Shown here piece after piece: positions 8,634 through 17,370 of a DNA stretch of 64,000 nucleotides; the stretch's first letter is position 1; each line of letters opens with the position of its first letter. The notes below the pieces were generated by a model. That model was given only the letters and a program-made list of their open reading frames with translations. It was not told where the DNA came from and did not search any database. A program made the translations under genes and the position numbers. Source of the DNA: an uncultured bacterium (GTDB taxonomy: Bacteria; Patescibacteriota; Saccharimonadia; UBA4664); the NCBI GenBank assembly GCA_963740635.1, contig CAVUEQ010000001.1, forward strand, positions 529,026 through 593,025, in the 5' to 3' direction.

Positions 8634-9767
8634 CTAGTAGATAGGGGTGCAGGTGTAGATGACGGTCGTGGTGTAGGTACCCGGGAAGGTGGTGAGCGAT
8701 ACGCCGACTTTGTGACCGATGCGGTAGGTGGTGCTCGTGACTCCGGCAGCCTCGTAGGCTACTTCGGCGTTGGTGGTGGTCATGGCGGCGTAGTTCGGTC
8801 CACTAGCGGTGAAGCGGTTGCCGGTGCCTGTGCCGAGCGTGGCGTCATTGGTGGTGTAGCCGTAACCCTCGGTGCCGGCTGAGGACCAGGCTGTCGGCGT
8901 GCCGTTGGAGCCGGTCCAGTCGGCGATAGTTTGGCTGAGAGCGTTAGTCGGGGCAGCCGTATAGCGCGCGAAGATGGTGTACCCATTGGTCGCGTTGGTG
9001 GAGGCAGTGAGATCCTGGCAGACCAGCGAGTTGGCCGCCGAGGTCACGGTGCCGAAGGGAATGGTGGTGGCGGTAGAGGCGGCGGTGGTCGTGGCCGGGC
9101 TGGTGTCGGAGTCGCAGGCCTGACTGGCGCCCACCGCGTTGACGGTGAAGGTCAGCGTGTTGTCGACGGTGAGGCTGAGCGTGGAGCCGTTGGTGTTGAT
9201 GAACTCAACGGTACCGGAGTCGACTAGGCTCGTGGCGCAGTCGGTGTTGTTGAAGGTACTGATCCGAAGGAAGTAGGCCGTGTCGGCGACGTTGGAGTTA
9301 GTGATCCCGTCATAGGAAACGGTGCGGCCGCTGGCACTGGCCGGGGTTTCACCACCCGCGAGTGTCAAGAGCAAGGTGCCGTTGGTGGTTTTATCGAGCG
9401 ACCAGGAGCCGGGTGTGGGTACGTAGTTGGTGCTGCCCGCGTTCAGTGCAACCGCACCGACACTCGAGTCAAACCCGGTAGGCACCGTCGAGCCGGTAGC
9501 GGTGGTGGCGAAGACAAACTTAATACATTTGATGGCCGAGGTCGTGACATTGGAGCCGGTAAAGGTGTAGTTTACACCCGTGGTGGCGGGGCGGGGGTCA
9601 GTCAGGGCGACTTTGGCACTGCTATAGGTGGCGGCGTTGGCCATGGGGGCGTTTAGGCTGAGGCCGGCGAGCGCGGTTAGCGTTACCAGGACCTTGGTCA
9701 GGACTTGTTTTAGGTTGCGGGGTCGGCGTATGCCCAAAGCCTCACCCGCACGTATGATGCGGTTCAC
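8634..9767 (-). CDS. Secreted WxL-like surface protein, tandem paralog A
   Basis: GTG start and a signal peptide ending PMANA. The C-terminal half is near-identical to paralogs B and C (STLSLTVD..TFTV..TTIPFG.V..VCQDL.A.TNATNGYTI.ARYTA..GTEGYGYTT.D.TLGTGT.NRF) and ends GTYTTTVIYTCTPIY. Confidence 0.8.
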   Translation of the reverse strand: MNRIIRAGEALGIRRPRNLKQVLTKVLVTLTALAGLSLNAPMANAATYSSAKVALTDPRPATTGVNYTFTGSNVTTSAIKCIKFVFATTATGSTVPTGFDSSVGAVALNAGSTNYVPTPGSWSLDKTTNGTLLLTLAGGETPASASGRTVSYDGITNSNVADTAYFLRISTFNNTDCATSLVDSGTVEFINTNGSTLSLTVDNTLTFTVNAVGASQACDSDTSPATTTAASTATTIPFGTVTSAANSLVCQDLTASTNATNGYTIFARYTAAPTNALSQTIADWTGSNGTPTAWSSAGTEGYGYTTNDATLGTGTGNRFTASGPNYAAMTTTNAEVAYEAAGVTSTTYRIGHKVGVSLTTFPGTYTTTVIYTCTPIY

Positions 9768-9808
9768 TCTCTTTTATTTCTCCACAGTTTTTTAATGAGT
9801 TCTGTTTA

Positions 9809-9837
9809 AGCGTAGCGGTTTGTACAACAGTTGTCAA
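9809..9837 (-). promoter_or_regulatory. Putative promoter of paralog A
   Basis: Minus strand reads TTGACA (9837-9832), 17 nt, TACGCT (9814-9809). The hexamers and spacing match those upstream of paralog C. Confidence 0.35.
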
Positions 9838-9965
9838 ACTTCTTATGTTTACAGATCAGCCGTGCAGCACAAAAGGGTTAGGGGGGTTATTTTTTGGCTT
9901 TGCGGAGGGTTTTGTATGCTCCGGAATTAAGAACCGTCCGGACAAACTCTACTTAAATGAAATTT

Positions 9966-11051
9966 CTAGTAGACCGGCGTGCAGGTGTAAATAATGGTCG
10001 TGCTGTAGGAACCAGCCGCGGTGGTGGTGGCAACGCCCACTTGGTGGCCGATGCGGTAGGTGGTGTTGATGACGCCGGATGACTCGTAGGCGACCTCCTC
10101 ATTGCTCGTGGTCATGGCCGCCCAGCTGTAGGTACTGCCGTTGTAAAAGCGGTTGGCGGTGCCGGTGCCCAGGGTCTGGTCGTCGGTGGTGTAGCCGTAG
10201 GCCTCAGTGCCGGCCGACGAGAACGTGTTCGGCGAGGCGTTGGTGCCGGGGCTGACGTCATCGATATCGTCGCCGCCGCTGGTGGGCTTGGCGGTATAGC
10301 GGGCGGAGATGGTGTAGCCGTTGGTGGCGTTGGTGGCAGCCTGGAGGTCCTGGCAGACGATGACGTTGGCGCCGCTGGTGACGCTGCCGAACGGAATGGT
10401 GGTGGCGGTGCTGGTTTGGCCGGTGGTGCCCCCGCCGCAGCTTTGGCCGCTGTTGACACCGCCCACCGTGAAGCTGAGGGAATCGTCGACGGTGAGACTG
10501 AGGGTGGAGCCATTGGTATTAATGAACATAACGGTGGCGAAGTCGATCGGGCTGGAAGAGCAGTTGGTGTTGCCATAGGTGTTGATCTTGAAGAAATAAC
10601 TGGTGTCGGGCGTGGAGGGGTTGGTGATGCCGCTAAGCACAAACGTGCGCGGCGAGCTGGTGGGCGTGAAGCCCGCAGCCGAGTTGGTGTACTGGTAGAT
10701 ATTATTTTGGCCGCTGGAGCTGGTGCCGTCGCTTTTGGCGAGGGACCAGTTGGTGCTGGTGTTATTGACCAAACTGGAACTTACGGCGTCCACGGAGCCG
10801 GATGCGCCGCTGAAGCCGGCCGGGGCGGTGTCGCCGCCCGACGTGGTAGACCAGACCACCTTAACGCAGAGGATGGCGGTGGAGGTGTCGACCGACGAGC
10901 CGGTGAAGGTGTAGCTGCTGGTGGCGCTGGGAACGGGGTCGCTGAGGGCGACCGAGGCGCTCGTCAGACCGCCGGCCGCAATCGCGGTACCGGCCTGGAT
11001 CGTGGCGCCAAACAGCACCACGCAAATAATGTATCGGAACCGACGTCCCAC
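9966..11051 (-). CDS. Secreted WxL-like surface protein, tandem paralog B
   Basis: GTG start preceded by GGGAG. Signal peptide ..GTAIAA. Conserved C-terminal half, ending GSYSTTIIYTCTPVY. Confidence 0.8.
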   Translation of the reverse strand: MGRRFRYIICVVLFGATIQAGTAIAAGGLTSASVALSDPVPSATSSYTFTGSSVDTSTAILCVKVVWSTTSGGDTAPAGFSGASGSVDAVSSSLVNNTSTNWSLAKSDGTSSSGQNNIYQYTNSAAGFTPTSSPRTFVLSGITNPSTPDTSYFFKINTYGNTNCSSSPIDFATVMFINTNGSTLSLTVDDSLSFTVGGVNSGQSCGGGTTGQTSTATTIPFGSVTSGANVIVCQDLQAATNATNGYTISARYTAKPTSGGDDIDDVSPGTNASPNTFSSAGTEAYGYTTDDQTLGTGTANRFYNGSTYSWAAMTTSNEEVAYESSGVINTTYRIGHQVGVATTTAAGSYSTTIIYTCTPVY

Positions 11052-11276
11052 TCACACACTCCCTTATCGGGTTGTGGGCAGTGTATATGAAAGCGCTTAC
11101 GCTTGTAAAGTTTACAACATCTGCATCTGGGGGGGCCTTGTCAATGCCCAATACTCAGTCCCGAGTGCATGTCCGAAAAAAATTATCGGTTACACACGCC
11201 CCGAGGGGTGTACCAAATTGAGAGATAGATTTTTGGCTGGTCATATTTTGCCTATGGGGAGGGTTTTGTGGGCATA

Positions 11277-11305
11277 GCAAAAATTAATGTCCCGTTTTGG
11301 GACAT
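11277..11305 (-). terminator. Rho-independent terminator after paralog C
   Basis: Perfect hairpin ATGTCCC-5nt-GGGACAT (11287-11305). On the minus strand it is followed by TAATTTTTG. Confidence 0.5.
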
Positions 11306-11369
11306 TAGTTGAAACGCGTGCGTTCCTGTATTAAGAACCTTCCGGACGAACTCCACTTAAAAGAAATTT

Positions 11370-12464
11370 CTAGTAGATCGGCGTGCAGGTGTAGATGACG
11401 GTCGTGGTGTAGGTACCCGGGTGGGTGATGAGCGAAACGCCCACCTGGTGACCGACGCGATAGGTCGTGCTGGTGACACCGGCCGCTTCAAATGCCAGCT
11501 CGAGGTTGCTGGTGGTCATGGCGGCCCACTCCTGGGCGGGGTTGGTGAAGCGGTTGGCTGTGCCGGTGCCGAGGGTGGCATCGTTGGTGGTGTAGCCGTA
11601 GGCCTCAGTGCCAGGTGCGGGGAAGGCCGTGGGGGCGGCGTTGGTGCCGGTCCAGTCAGCGATGGTTTGGGCCAGCGCGTTGGTGGGCTTGGCGGTGTAG
11701 CGGGCATAGATGGTATAGCCGTTGGTGGCGTTGGTGGCGGCTGTGAGGTCCTGGCAGACCACGCCGTTGGCGGCGGCCGAGACGGTGCCGAACGGGATGG
11801 TGGTGGCGGTAGAGGCCTGGGTGGTGGTGGTGCCGTCGCAACCCTGGCCGGCGCCCACGGCATTCACGGTGAAGGTCAGGGTGTCGTCGACGGTGAGGCT
11901 GAGGGTGGAGCCGTTGGTGAGGATGAACAGCACACTGGCGTTGTCCACGGGGCTGGTGGCGCAGTCGGTGTTGTCGTAGGTGCTGAATTTGAGCCAGTAC
12001 TTGGTGTCGGCGGTACTGGCGTTGGTGATGCCGTTAAGTATGATGTTGCGGGCAGCGGCCGTAGTTACGGTATCGCCGCCGGCGCTGGTGAGGGTAACTG
12101 TGCCGTTGGCGGGGTGGTTGACGGTGAAGGTGCCGATGTTGGTGGAATAGTTGGAGGCACCGAGGGTGGAGGCGTTGGTATTCATGCCGGAGGGCACGGT
12201 GGTGCCGGTGGCGGTATCGGAAAAGAGCAGCTTCACGCAGCGGAAATGAGCCAGCGAGACGCCCGAGCCGGTGAAGGTGTAATTCGCGGTGCCGCTGGGC
12301 CGGGGATCAGAAACGGATACCGAGGACGATGTGAGGTTGGCGGCGTGGACGCTCAAGTTCGGAAGCAATAATAGCGAAACGACGAAAATACCGGCGATCA
12401 GCAGGCGGTGTTTGAGAATACGGAAATTGTGATGGCGCTGTCGCGCTCGTTTTGATTTTGCCAC
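11370..12464 (-). CDS. Secreted WxL-like surface protein, tandem paralog C
   Basis: GTG start and signal-anchor LLIAGIFVVSLLLLPNLSVHA. Conserved C-terminal half, ending GTYTTTVIYTCTPIY. Confidence 0.8.
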   Translation of the reverse strand: MAKSKRARQRHHNFRILKHRLLIAGIFVVSLLLLPNLSVHAANLTSSSVSVSDPRPSGTANYTFTGSGVSLAHFRCVKLLFSDTATGTTVPSGMNTNASTLGASNYSTNIGTFTVNHPANGTVTLTSAGGDTVTTAAARNIILNGITNASTADTKYWLKFSTYDNTDCATSPVDNASVLFILTNGSTLSLTVDDTLTFTVNAVGAGQGCDGTTTTQASTATTIPFGTVSAAANGVVCQDLTAATNATNGYTIYARYTAKPTNALAQTIADWTGTNAAPTAFPAPGTEAYGYTTNDATLGTGTANRFTNPAQEWAAMTTSNLELAFEAAGVTSTTYRVGHQVGVSLITHPGTYTTTVIYTCTPIY

Positions 12465-12546
12465 GGTCTTTTGTTTTTTGGTGAGGCGGACTTTTGGTAT
12501 GTCGGACTTTTGAATTTATGTTTGGCCCAAAACAAGGGCTGAAGTA

Positions 12547-12575
12547 AGCGTAACTAGTATTTACGCGGCTGTCAA
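12547..12575 (-). promoter_or_regulatory. Putative promoter of paralog C
   Basis: Minus strand reads TTGACA (12575-12570), 17 nt, TACGCT (12552-12547). It overlaps the stop of the upstream gene. Confidence 0.35.
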
Positions 12576-14527
12576 CTGCTGGTTTGCAGCGGCCCGGCCG
12601 TTGATAATTTATGCCTTTCCCCAAGCCAAAAGCTCAATACCATGAGACTCGCGAGGACGAGCAGGGGCCAAATGAAAATCAGGTTGCCGGTAGGCTCGAA
12701 CGGGCGCGTGACGGCCCCGCCGGAGCCGCCGTTCACCACCGCCGCCAGCTGGATGACGGCCTCCCGGCCGGTGGCATCCTGGGCGCGCACGATCACCTTG
12801 TAGGTGCCGGGCTTGGAATAGTGGTGCGAGCCGGTAATGGAGCTGGCCGTCGTTGAGGTAGCGGTGTCTTGGTGGCCGTCGCCCCACTCCCAGGTCACGA
12901 TGTATGGGCCCTGCCCGCCGTGGATGCGGAGCGTGAAGGTCACCGGCTCGCTGGGGTCGGAGGCCTGGAAGGAGTGGGCCGGGCTCTCGAGGTAGAAAGG
13001 CTCGGCGGGGGTTGCGGATCCCGGCGTGGGCGTGGGCGCGGGCTTGGGCGTAGCTGACGGCAACGGCTTGGGCGACGGAGCGGGCGTAGGTGTGGGCGTC
13101 GGGGTTGGCGTGGGCGTGGGCGGAGGAGGCGGCGGGTCGTAGAAAACGGTGACGGTGGCCGAGTCGGGCCCGTATTGACCAAGGGCGTCCGTCACGCGCG
13201 CCACGAGGTCGTTTTGGCCGGGCGTGAGGGTAATAATGAGGGTGTAGAGTCCGGAGCTGTCACACATCACGCTGCCGGCAAAGGTGCCGTTGCGGTAGAT
13301 TTCGACCATGAGGTCAAGCGGGCAGGTGCCGCGGACGGTGAGGGTGGGGTTGGTAAAATGCGTGCCGTCCGCGGGATCGTCAATGGTGGCGGCTACGGTG
13401 GGCGGCGGGCCGAGGACGGTGAGCGATAGTTGGGAGCTCGCGGCCTGGCTGGACAGCGAAACACCGGCCGTCAGCACCGCCGACAGCATTAGCAGAAAGG
13501 CCAGCGCCGCGTAGGACGTGTGGTGGTGGGCGATGAGCTTGCCGGAGTGATGGTGGTGACTGAGGCCGCGGCGCTTGGGCTCAGTGACGGCATGGACTTG
13601 GATGTGGCGGCGGAAATACATGCGCAGGCGGAACCAGTACGGCTCCAGCCGGATACTCCAGCGGCGCGTTTGAGCGAGCAGCGCGTCGCGCACACGGCGC
13701 GAGCGCAGCAGCAGCACTATCAGCGCGAGGAGCAGCAGGCCGCCGAACGACCAGCCGGCGAGGCCGGCCGTGAGGCGGAAGCCGGCGGGGCTGCCAACGA
13801 CGGCCGGTGCGGCGGATTTGGCGGACGGCTTGGCGGGGTGGACGGGCGCGCCGGCAGGGCCTGCGGCCGTGGGTATAGGCTCGGCGCCGCCGGCCTGTGC
13901 GGCGGCGTCAGCGGGAGCGGCGCCGGATCCATCGGCCGGTGCGGCGGCAGGGCGGCCACCGCCCGAGCTACCGCCCGAGGTGCCGCCGGAGCCTCCGCCG
14001 CCGCCGGAGCCTCCGCCGCCGCCGCCCGTTCCGCCGCCGGGGGTGGGGGTGGGTGTTGGGGTATGGGTAGGTGTTGGGGTTGGGGTAGGCGTGGGTGTCG
14101 GCGTGGGCGGCGGGGACCCGCCTTTGGTGACGGTGTAGTTGGCCACGTTTTGGTTGGGGCCGGTCAACGGGTCGCCGCAGGAAGTTATGAGCTGGAGCCC
14201 TCCCCCGTCGATCGAGACCAGCAGCGAGCCGTCGGCCGCGCCATAAAAAGCAAAGGTATGCGTACCGTCGAGTGAATTTGTGTATGAGCTCGAGAAGTTA
14301 AAGCCGCCGGAGCAATAAATGTAGGTCGCAAAGGTGTAGGCGCTCGTAAAGTTCCCGGGCGGATTCTGAGGCCCGGTGGGCGCCGAGACAGTGGGCGGCG
14401 ACGCGGCGACGCGCGTGGGTACGCCAAGCACAACCGCCACCAACAGTACCATGAGCAGGCTCCATTTGGCGGTGGGGTGCGGTTTTCCGGCGGGGGCGAG
14501 GCGCCCCCAAACAACACGCGCGCTCAT
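12572..14527 (-). CDS. Composite surface/membrane protein with PT and Gly-Ser linkers, Ig-like and PKD domains
   Basis: N-terminal signal peptide, (PT)n and poly-G/S linkers, a central TM plus basic stretch, and a second signal-anchor (HHHHSGKLIAHHHTSYAALAFLLMLSAVL). An Ig-like module follows (TLTVRGTC..VEIYRNG), then a PKD-like module (WEWGDGH..HHYSKPGTYKVIVRAQD) and a C-terminal TM. Confidence 0.7.
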   Translation of the reverse strand: MSARVVWGRLAPAGKPHPTAKWSLLMVLLVAVVLGVPTRVAASPPTVSAPTGPQNPPGNFTSAYTFATYIYCSGGFNFSSSYTNSLDGTHTFAFYGAADGSLLVSIDGGGLQLITSCGDPLTGPNQNVANYTVTKGGSPPPTPTPTPTPTPTPTHTPTPTPTPGGGTGGGGGGSGGGGGSGGTSGGSSGGGRPAAAPADGSGAAPADAAAQAGGAEPIPTAAGPAGAPVHPAKPSAKSAAPAVVGSPAGFRLTAGLAGWSFGGLLLLALIVLLLRSRRVRDALLAQTRRWSIRLEPYWFRLRMYFRRHIQVHAVTEPKRRGLSHHHHSGKLIAHHHTSYAALAFLLMLSAVLTAGVSLSSQAASSQLSLTVLGPPPTVAATIDDPADGTHFTNPTLTVRGTCPLDLMVEIYRNGTFAGSVMCDSSGLYTLIITLTPGQNDLVARVTDALGQYGPDSATVTVFYDPPPPPPTPTPTPTPTPTPAPSPKPLPSATPKPAPTPTPGSATPAEPFYLESPAHSFQASDPSEPVTFTLRIHGGQGPYIVTWEWGDGHQDTATSTTASSITGSHHYSKPGTYKVIVRAQDATGREAVIQLAAVVNGGSGGAVTRPFEPTGNLIFIWPLLVLASLMVLSFWLGERHKLSTAGPLQTSS

Positions 14528-14635
14528 GGCTTAATCTTAACACAAGCGTTATGTGTCAGTTCGCAATAGCCTTTTGAGTCACTCATCGCAGTATACCGAT
14601 GCGCGCGAACACTAGATGTCCCCCGCGACAAAACG

Positions 14636-15694
14636 CTAGAGATGGGCACCATAAAACGCCAGGATGTTGCACATCAGCGCGGCGTAATTTTGACTGAACT
14701 GATGGTCGTCGCCGGGGTAGGTATTGTACTCCACCGGCTTTCCGGCGGCCTTAAGCGCCGCATCGAGGTGGTCCGAAAAGAGCTTGGGGACCACACTATC
14801 GGCCACGTCATGGTTGATCTGCACGGCGCCGGAAACGGCCGGCACATAATTAACCGCTGAGGCGCTGTCCCAAAATGCCGGGTTGTCCTTGGGAGGGCCG
14901 TATTTGGCCAGGAGCTTGGCCTTGTTGCCCTGCACCACGGCCGTGGGCTGGTCGGACGACATGGGGCTGTGCGGCCAGTTGTAGAGCAGGTCCGAGAATG
15001 AGCCCACGACGCCGGCCATAAACACCGTGGCCTTCACGTCCTTGGACGCCACGATGGTGCGCAGCGCCACGTGGCCGCCGAGGCTGTGGCCGAGCAGGCC
15101 AATGCGTTTGGGGTTGGCCGGCGGGTACTGCTTGAGAGTGGCAATGAGGTTGAGCACGTCGTAGGCATAATCCGGCGAAAAATGGCCGCCCTCTGGGCTC
15201 CCCTGGCTGTGGCCGTGACCGCGGTAATCGGGCTTCACCACCAGATAGCCGCCTCGGGCCAGGCCGGCGGTGAGGTTGGAGTAGTCGGAGCCGGTAGTGG
15301 AATAGGCGGCCGGGTTTTCGTAGCCGTGGGCCAAAATTACGACCGGCCAACCGCCGGCCGGAGCGGCGCCGGCCGGCGTGCTCACCAGGGCGTACTCGGT
15401 GAGGCCGTCGCTTACAAATGAGGCTACAGCCTGCCGGAAGCCGCCTTTATCGCCGAGGTCCTGGGTGGCGGTGAGAGTGCTGGCGGTATAACCGCGGGCG
15501 CGGATGGCCTCGATTTGGATCGGGTCGAGAGCCGGGGTGGGCGCCGCGGCCGGGGAGGGAGAAGCCGTCGGCAAAGCCCTCACCGCCACGCCGGCCGGCC
15601 GGGGCCACAGCCCTAGCGCCGTGCCGCCGGCGACCGCCGCTATCCCCGCCACCATCAGCCAGATCCGCCATGTTTGGCTTACATCTCTAATCAA
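14636..15694 (-). CDS. Secreted alpha/beta hydrolase (S9 peptidase/esterase-like)
   Basis: N-terminal TM/signal. Nucleophile elbow GHSLGGH, acid HDVADSVVP and histidine GDDHQF are in the canonical order. Confidence 0.8.
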   Translation of the reverse strand: MIRDVSQTWRIWLMVAGIAAVAGGTALGLWPRPAGVAVRALPTASPSPAAAPTPALDPIQIEAIRARGYTASTLTATQDLGDKGGFRQAVASFVSDGLTEYALVSTPAGAAPAGGWPVVILAHGYENPAAYSTTGSDYSNLTAGLARGGYLVVKPDYRGHGHSQGSPEGGHFSPDYAYDVLNLIATLKQYPPANPKRIGLLGHSLGGHVALRTIVASKDVKATVFMAGVVGSFSDLLYNWPHSPMSSDQPTAVVQGNKAKLLAKYGPPKDNPAFWDSASAVNYVPAVSGAVQINHDVADSVVPKLFSDHLDAALKAAGKPVEYNTYPGDDHQFSQNYAALMCNILAFYGAHL

Positions 15695-16115
15695 AAGTAA
15701 TCATCCTTAAACAAAGACGCCCCCGATTGCTCGTTGACGCCTTTGTATTATGTTTGCAGACTCCTCCTGAACAACGTAAACGCCATTTTCGGATGGACAA
15801 CCACTTGCCGCATAATCGGCCCGGCCGAAGCCGCCTAAAATTAGCACGGCTGTCACCTACTCTGAAACCCGACCATAAATGGTGTGAGAGACTTGTAGGC
15901 AGTCTGCACTTGTTAGTGGTACCCCTGCACAAAGTAGAGGTACTCCTACTCTAATCCCGCTGGCGTTTTGGTGTCAATGATTTTCTTTTCCCCAAGCCAA
16001 AAAGCATAAGCGGTATGGGTGGCGCTTTTAGCGGATTCAGGTTATTCTCAAGCATTCTGCAGTATTGTGCGCACAACAGGCGGTTCAATAAATAAAGTAG
16101 GCGGGTTTTGAGGGG

Positions 16116-16622
16116 ATGAAGAAAGTAATTTTATCCGGGTCGGTGGTAGCGGCTTTCGCGCTGTATAGCTGGCATGCGCGGCACGAGGGCGCTAATGCCA
16201 ACGTGCAAACGCCGGTGACGCTGCAGACCACCCCATCCCCCACTGCGACCGCCACGCCGGAGGCCACGGCCGGCGCCGGCCCCACCCCGGCGCCCGATCC
16301 GGGCACCCCTGCGCCCACCCCCGCGCGGGCGGCTTCGGGCTACCGTGACGGTACCTTCACGGGCTCCGTGGCCGACGCCTACTACGGTAACATTCAGGTG
16401 CAAGCGGTGATAAGCGGCGGTAGAATTACCGATGTGATCTTCCTGCAGCACCCCAACGACCGCAGCACCTCGCGGGAGATTAACTCGCAGGCCATGCCCT
16501 ACCTCAAGCAAGAAGCCATCCAGGCGCAGAGCGCGCAGGTCGACGGCGTGAGCGGCGCCACCAACTCCAGCCAGGCCTTCGTGGAGTCGCTGGGCGCGGC
16601 GCTAAGCAAGGCCAAGGCCTAA
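16116..16622 (+). CDS. Membrane-anchored FMN-binding domain protein (flavinylation substrate)
   Basis: RBS GAGGGG. N-terminal anchor, PT-rich linker and an FMN_bind-like core (YYGNIQVQAVISGGRITDV). Flavinylation-type motif DGVSGAT, with S-G-A-T encoded at 16551-16562. Confidence 0.8.
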   Translation: MKKVILSGSVVAAFALYSWHARHEGANANVQTPVTLQTTPSPTATATPEATAGAGPTPAPDPGTPAPTPARAASGYRDGTFTGSVADAYYGNIQVQAVISGGRITDVIFLQHPNDRSTSREINSQAMPYLKQEAIQAQSAQVDGVSGATNSSQAFVESLGAALSKAKA

Positions 16623-16626
16623 GCCC

Positions 16627-17370
16627 GTGATAAACCGAGTGGAACAAATGATGGGAATGCCGGTGAGGGTGGTTATGGTTGATGGCGGCGCGAAGGCGGA
16701 CGCGGCGGTGGAGGCGGTGTTTGACCACTTCCGGGCGGTGGACGCCCGCTACAGCACTTACAAACCGGACAGTGAAATTTCGCGCCTAAACGCGGGGCTG
16801 CCCGAGACCGAATGGAGCGACGGAATGAAGGCCGTGCTGGAGCTGTGCGAGCAGACCAAGCAGGCCACCCACGGCTACTTCGACATAGAGCGCGACGGGA
16901 AGCTTGACCCGTCGGGCCTGGTGAAGGGCTGGGCCATCCGGGATGCGGCCCGCCTGCTGAGCGAGCGCGGCTTCCAGGATTTTTATGTGGAGGCCGGCGG
17001 CGACATCCAGCCGCACGGCCGCGGTGAGCACGGCCACCGCTGGAAATTTGGCATCCGCAACCCGTTTAAGCGGTCGGAAATCGTGAAAACGGTGCGGGTG
17101 AGCGGGGAAGGCGTAGCGACCTCAGGGACGTATGTGCGCGGGCAGCACGTGTATGACCCACACCGGCCGGGTGAGGCGCTCACGCAGGTGATGAGCCTGA
17201 CGGTGATCGGGCCGGACATCTACGAGGCCGACCGGTTTGCCACCGCGGCGTTTGCGATGGGCCGCGCCGGCATCCGGTTTATCGACGGCCTCGACGGTTT
17301 CGAAGGCTACATGATAGACGCGGACGGCACGGCCACGCTCACGCGCGGGTTCGAGAGGTACGAGGCATGA
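16627..17370 (+). CDS. apbE: ApbE-family FAD:protein FMN transferase (short, no signal peptide)
   Basis: MGMPVRVVMVD...FRAVDARYSTYKPDSEISRLN...GLVKGWA...GGD...ATSGTY is typical of ApbE. The frame is closed by a TAA 24 nt upstream of the GTG, so no N-terminal extension is possible. Confidence 0.8.
   Translation: MINRVEQMMGMPVRVVMVDGGAKADAAVEAVFDHFRAVDARYSTYKPDSEISRLNAGLPETEWSDGMKAVLELCEQTKQATHGYFDIERDGKLDPSGLVKGWAIRDAARLLSERGFQDFYVEAGGDIQPHGRGEHGHRWKFGIRNPFKRSEIVKTVRVSGEGVATSGTYVRGQHVYDPHRPGEALTQVMSLTVIGPDIYEADRFATAAFAMGRAGIRFIDGLDGFEGYMIDADGTATLTRGFERYEA

Noticed and set aside
11083-11109. Possible promoter of paralog B (TTTACA ... TATACA).
   Set aside because: The spacer is only 15 nt, and the element does not match the TTGACA-17-TACGCT pair seen for paralogs A and C. 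It is too weak to list as a feature.
15976-16003. 17-nt identity (tttccccaagccaaaa) with 12615-12631, reading ..AYAFWLGEKK.. on the minus strand like the C-terminus ..SFWLGERHK.. of the PKD protein.
   Set aside because: The surrounding frame is only 29 codons with no start. It is at best a tiny relic of a paralog terminus, and it could be chance.
15695-16115. 420-bp gap upstream of the FMN-binding gene, inspected for an FMN riboswitch, another RNA gene, or small ORFs (15687..15932, 15727..15954).
   Set aside because: I could not recognise any conserved RFN-type core sequence or other known RNA signature. The ORFs are short and lack RBS or motifs. A covariance-model search would be needed to be sure.
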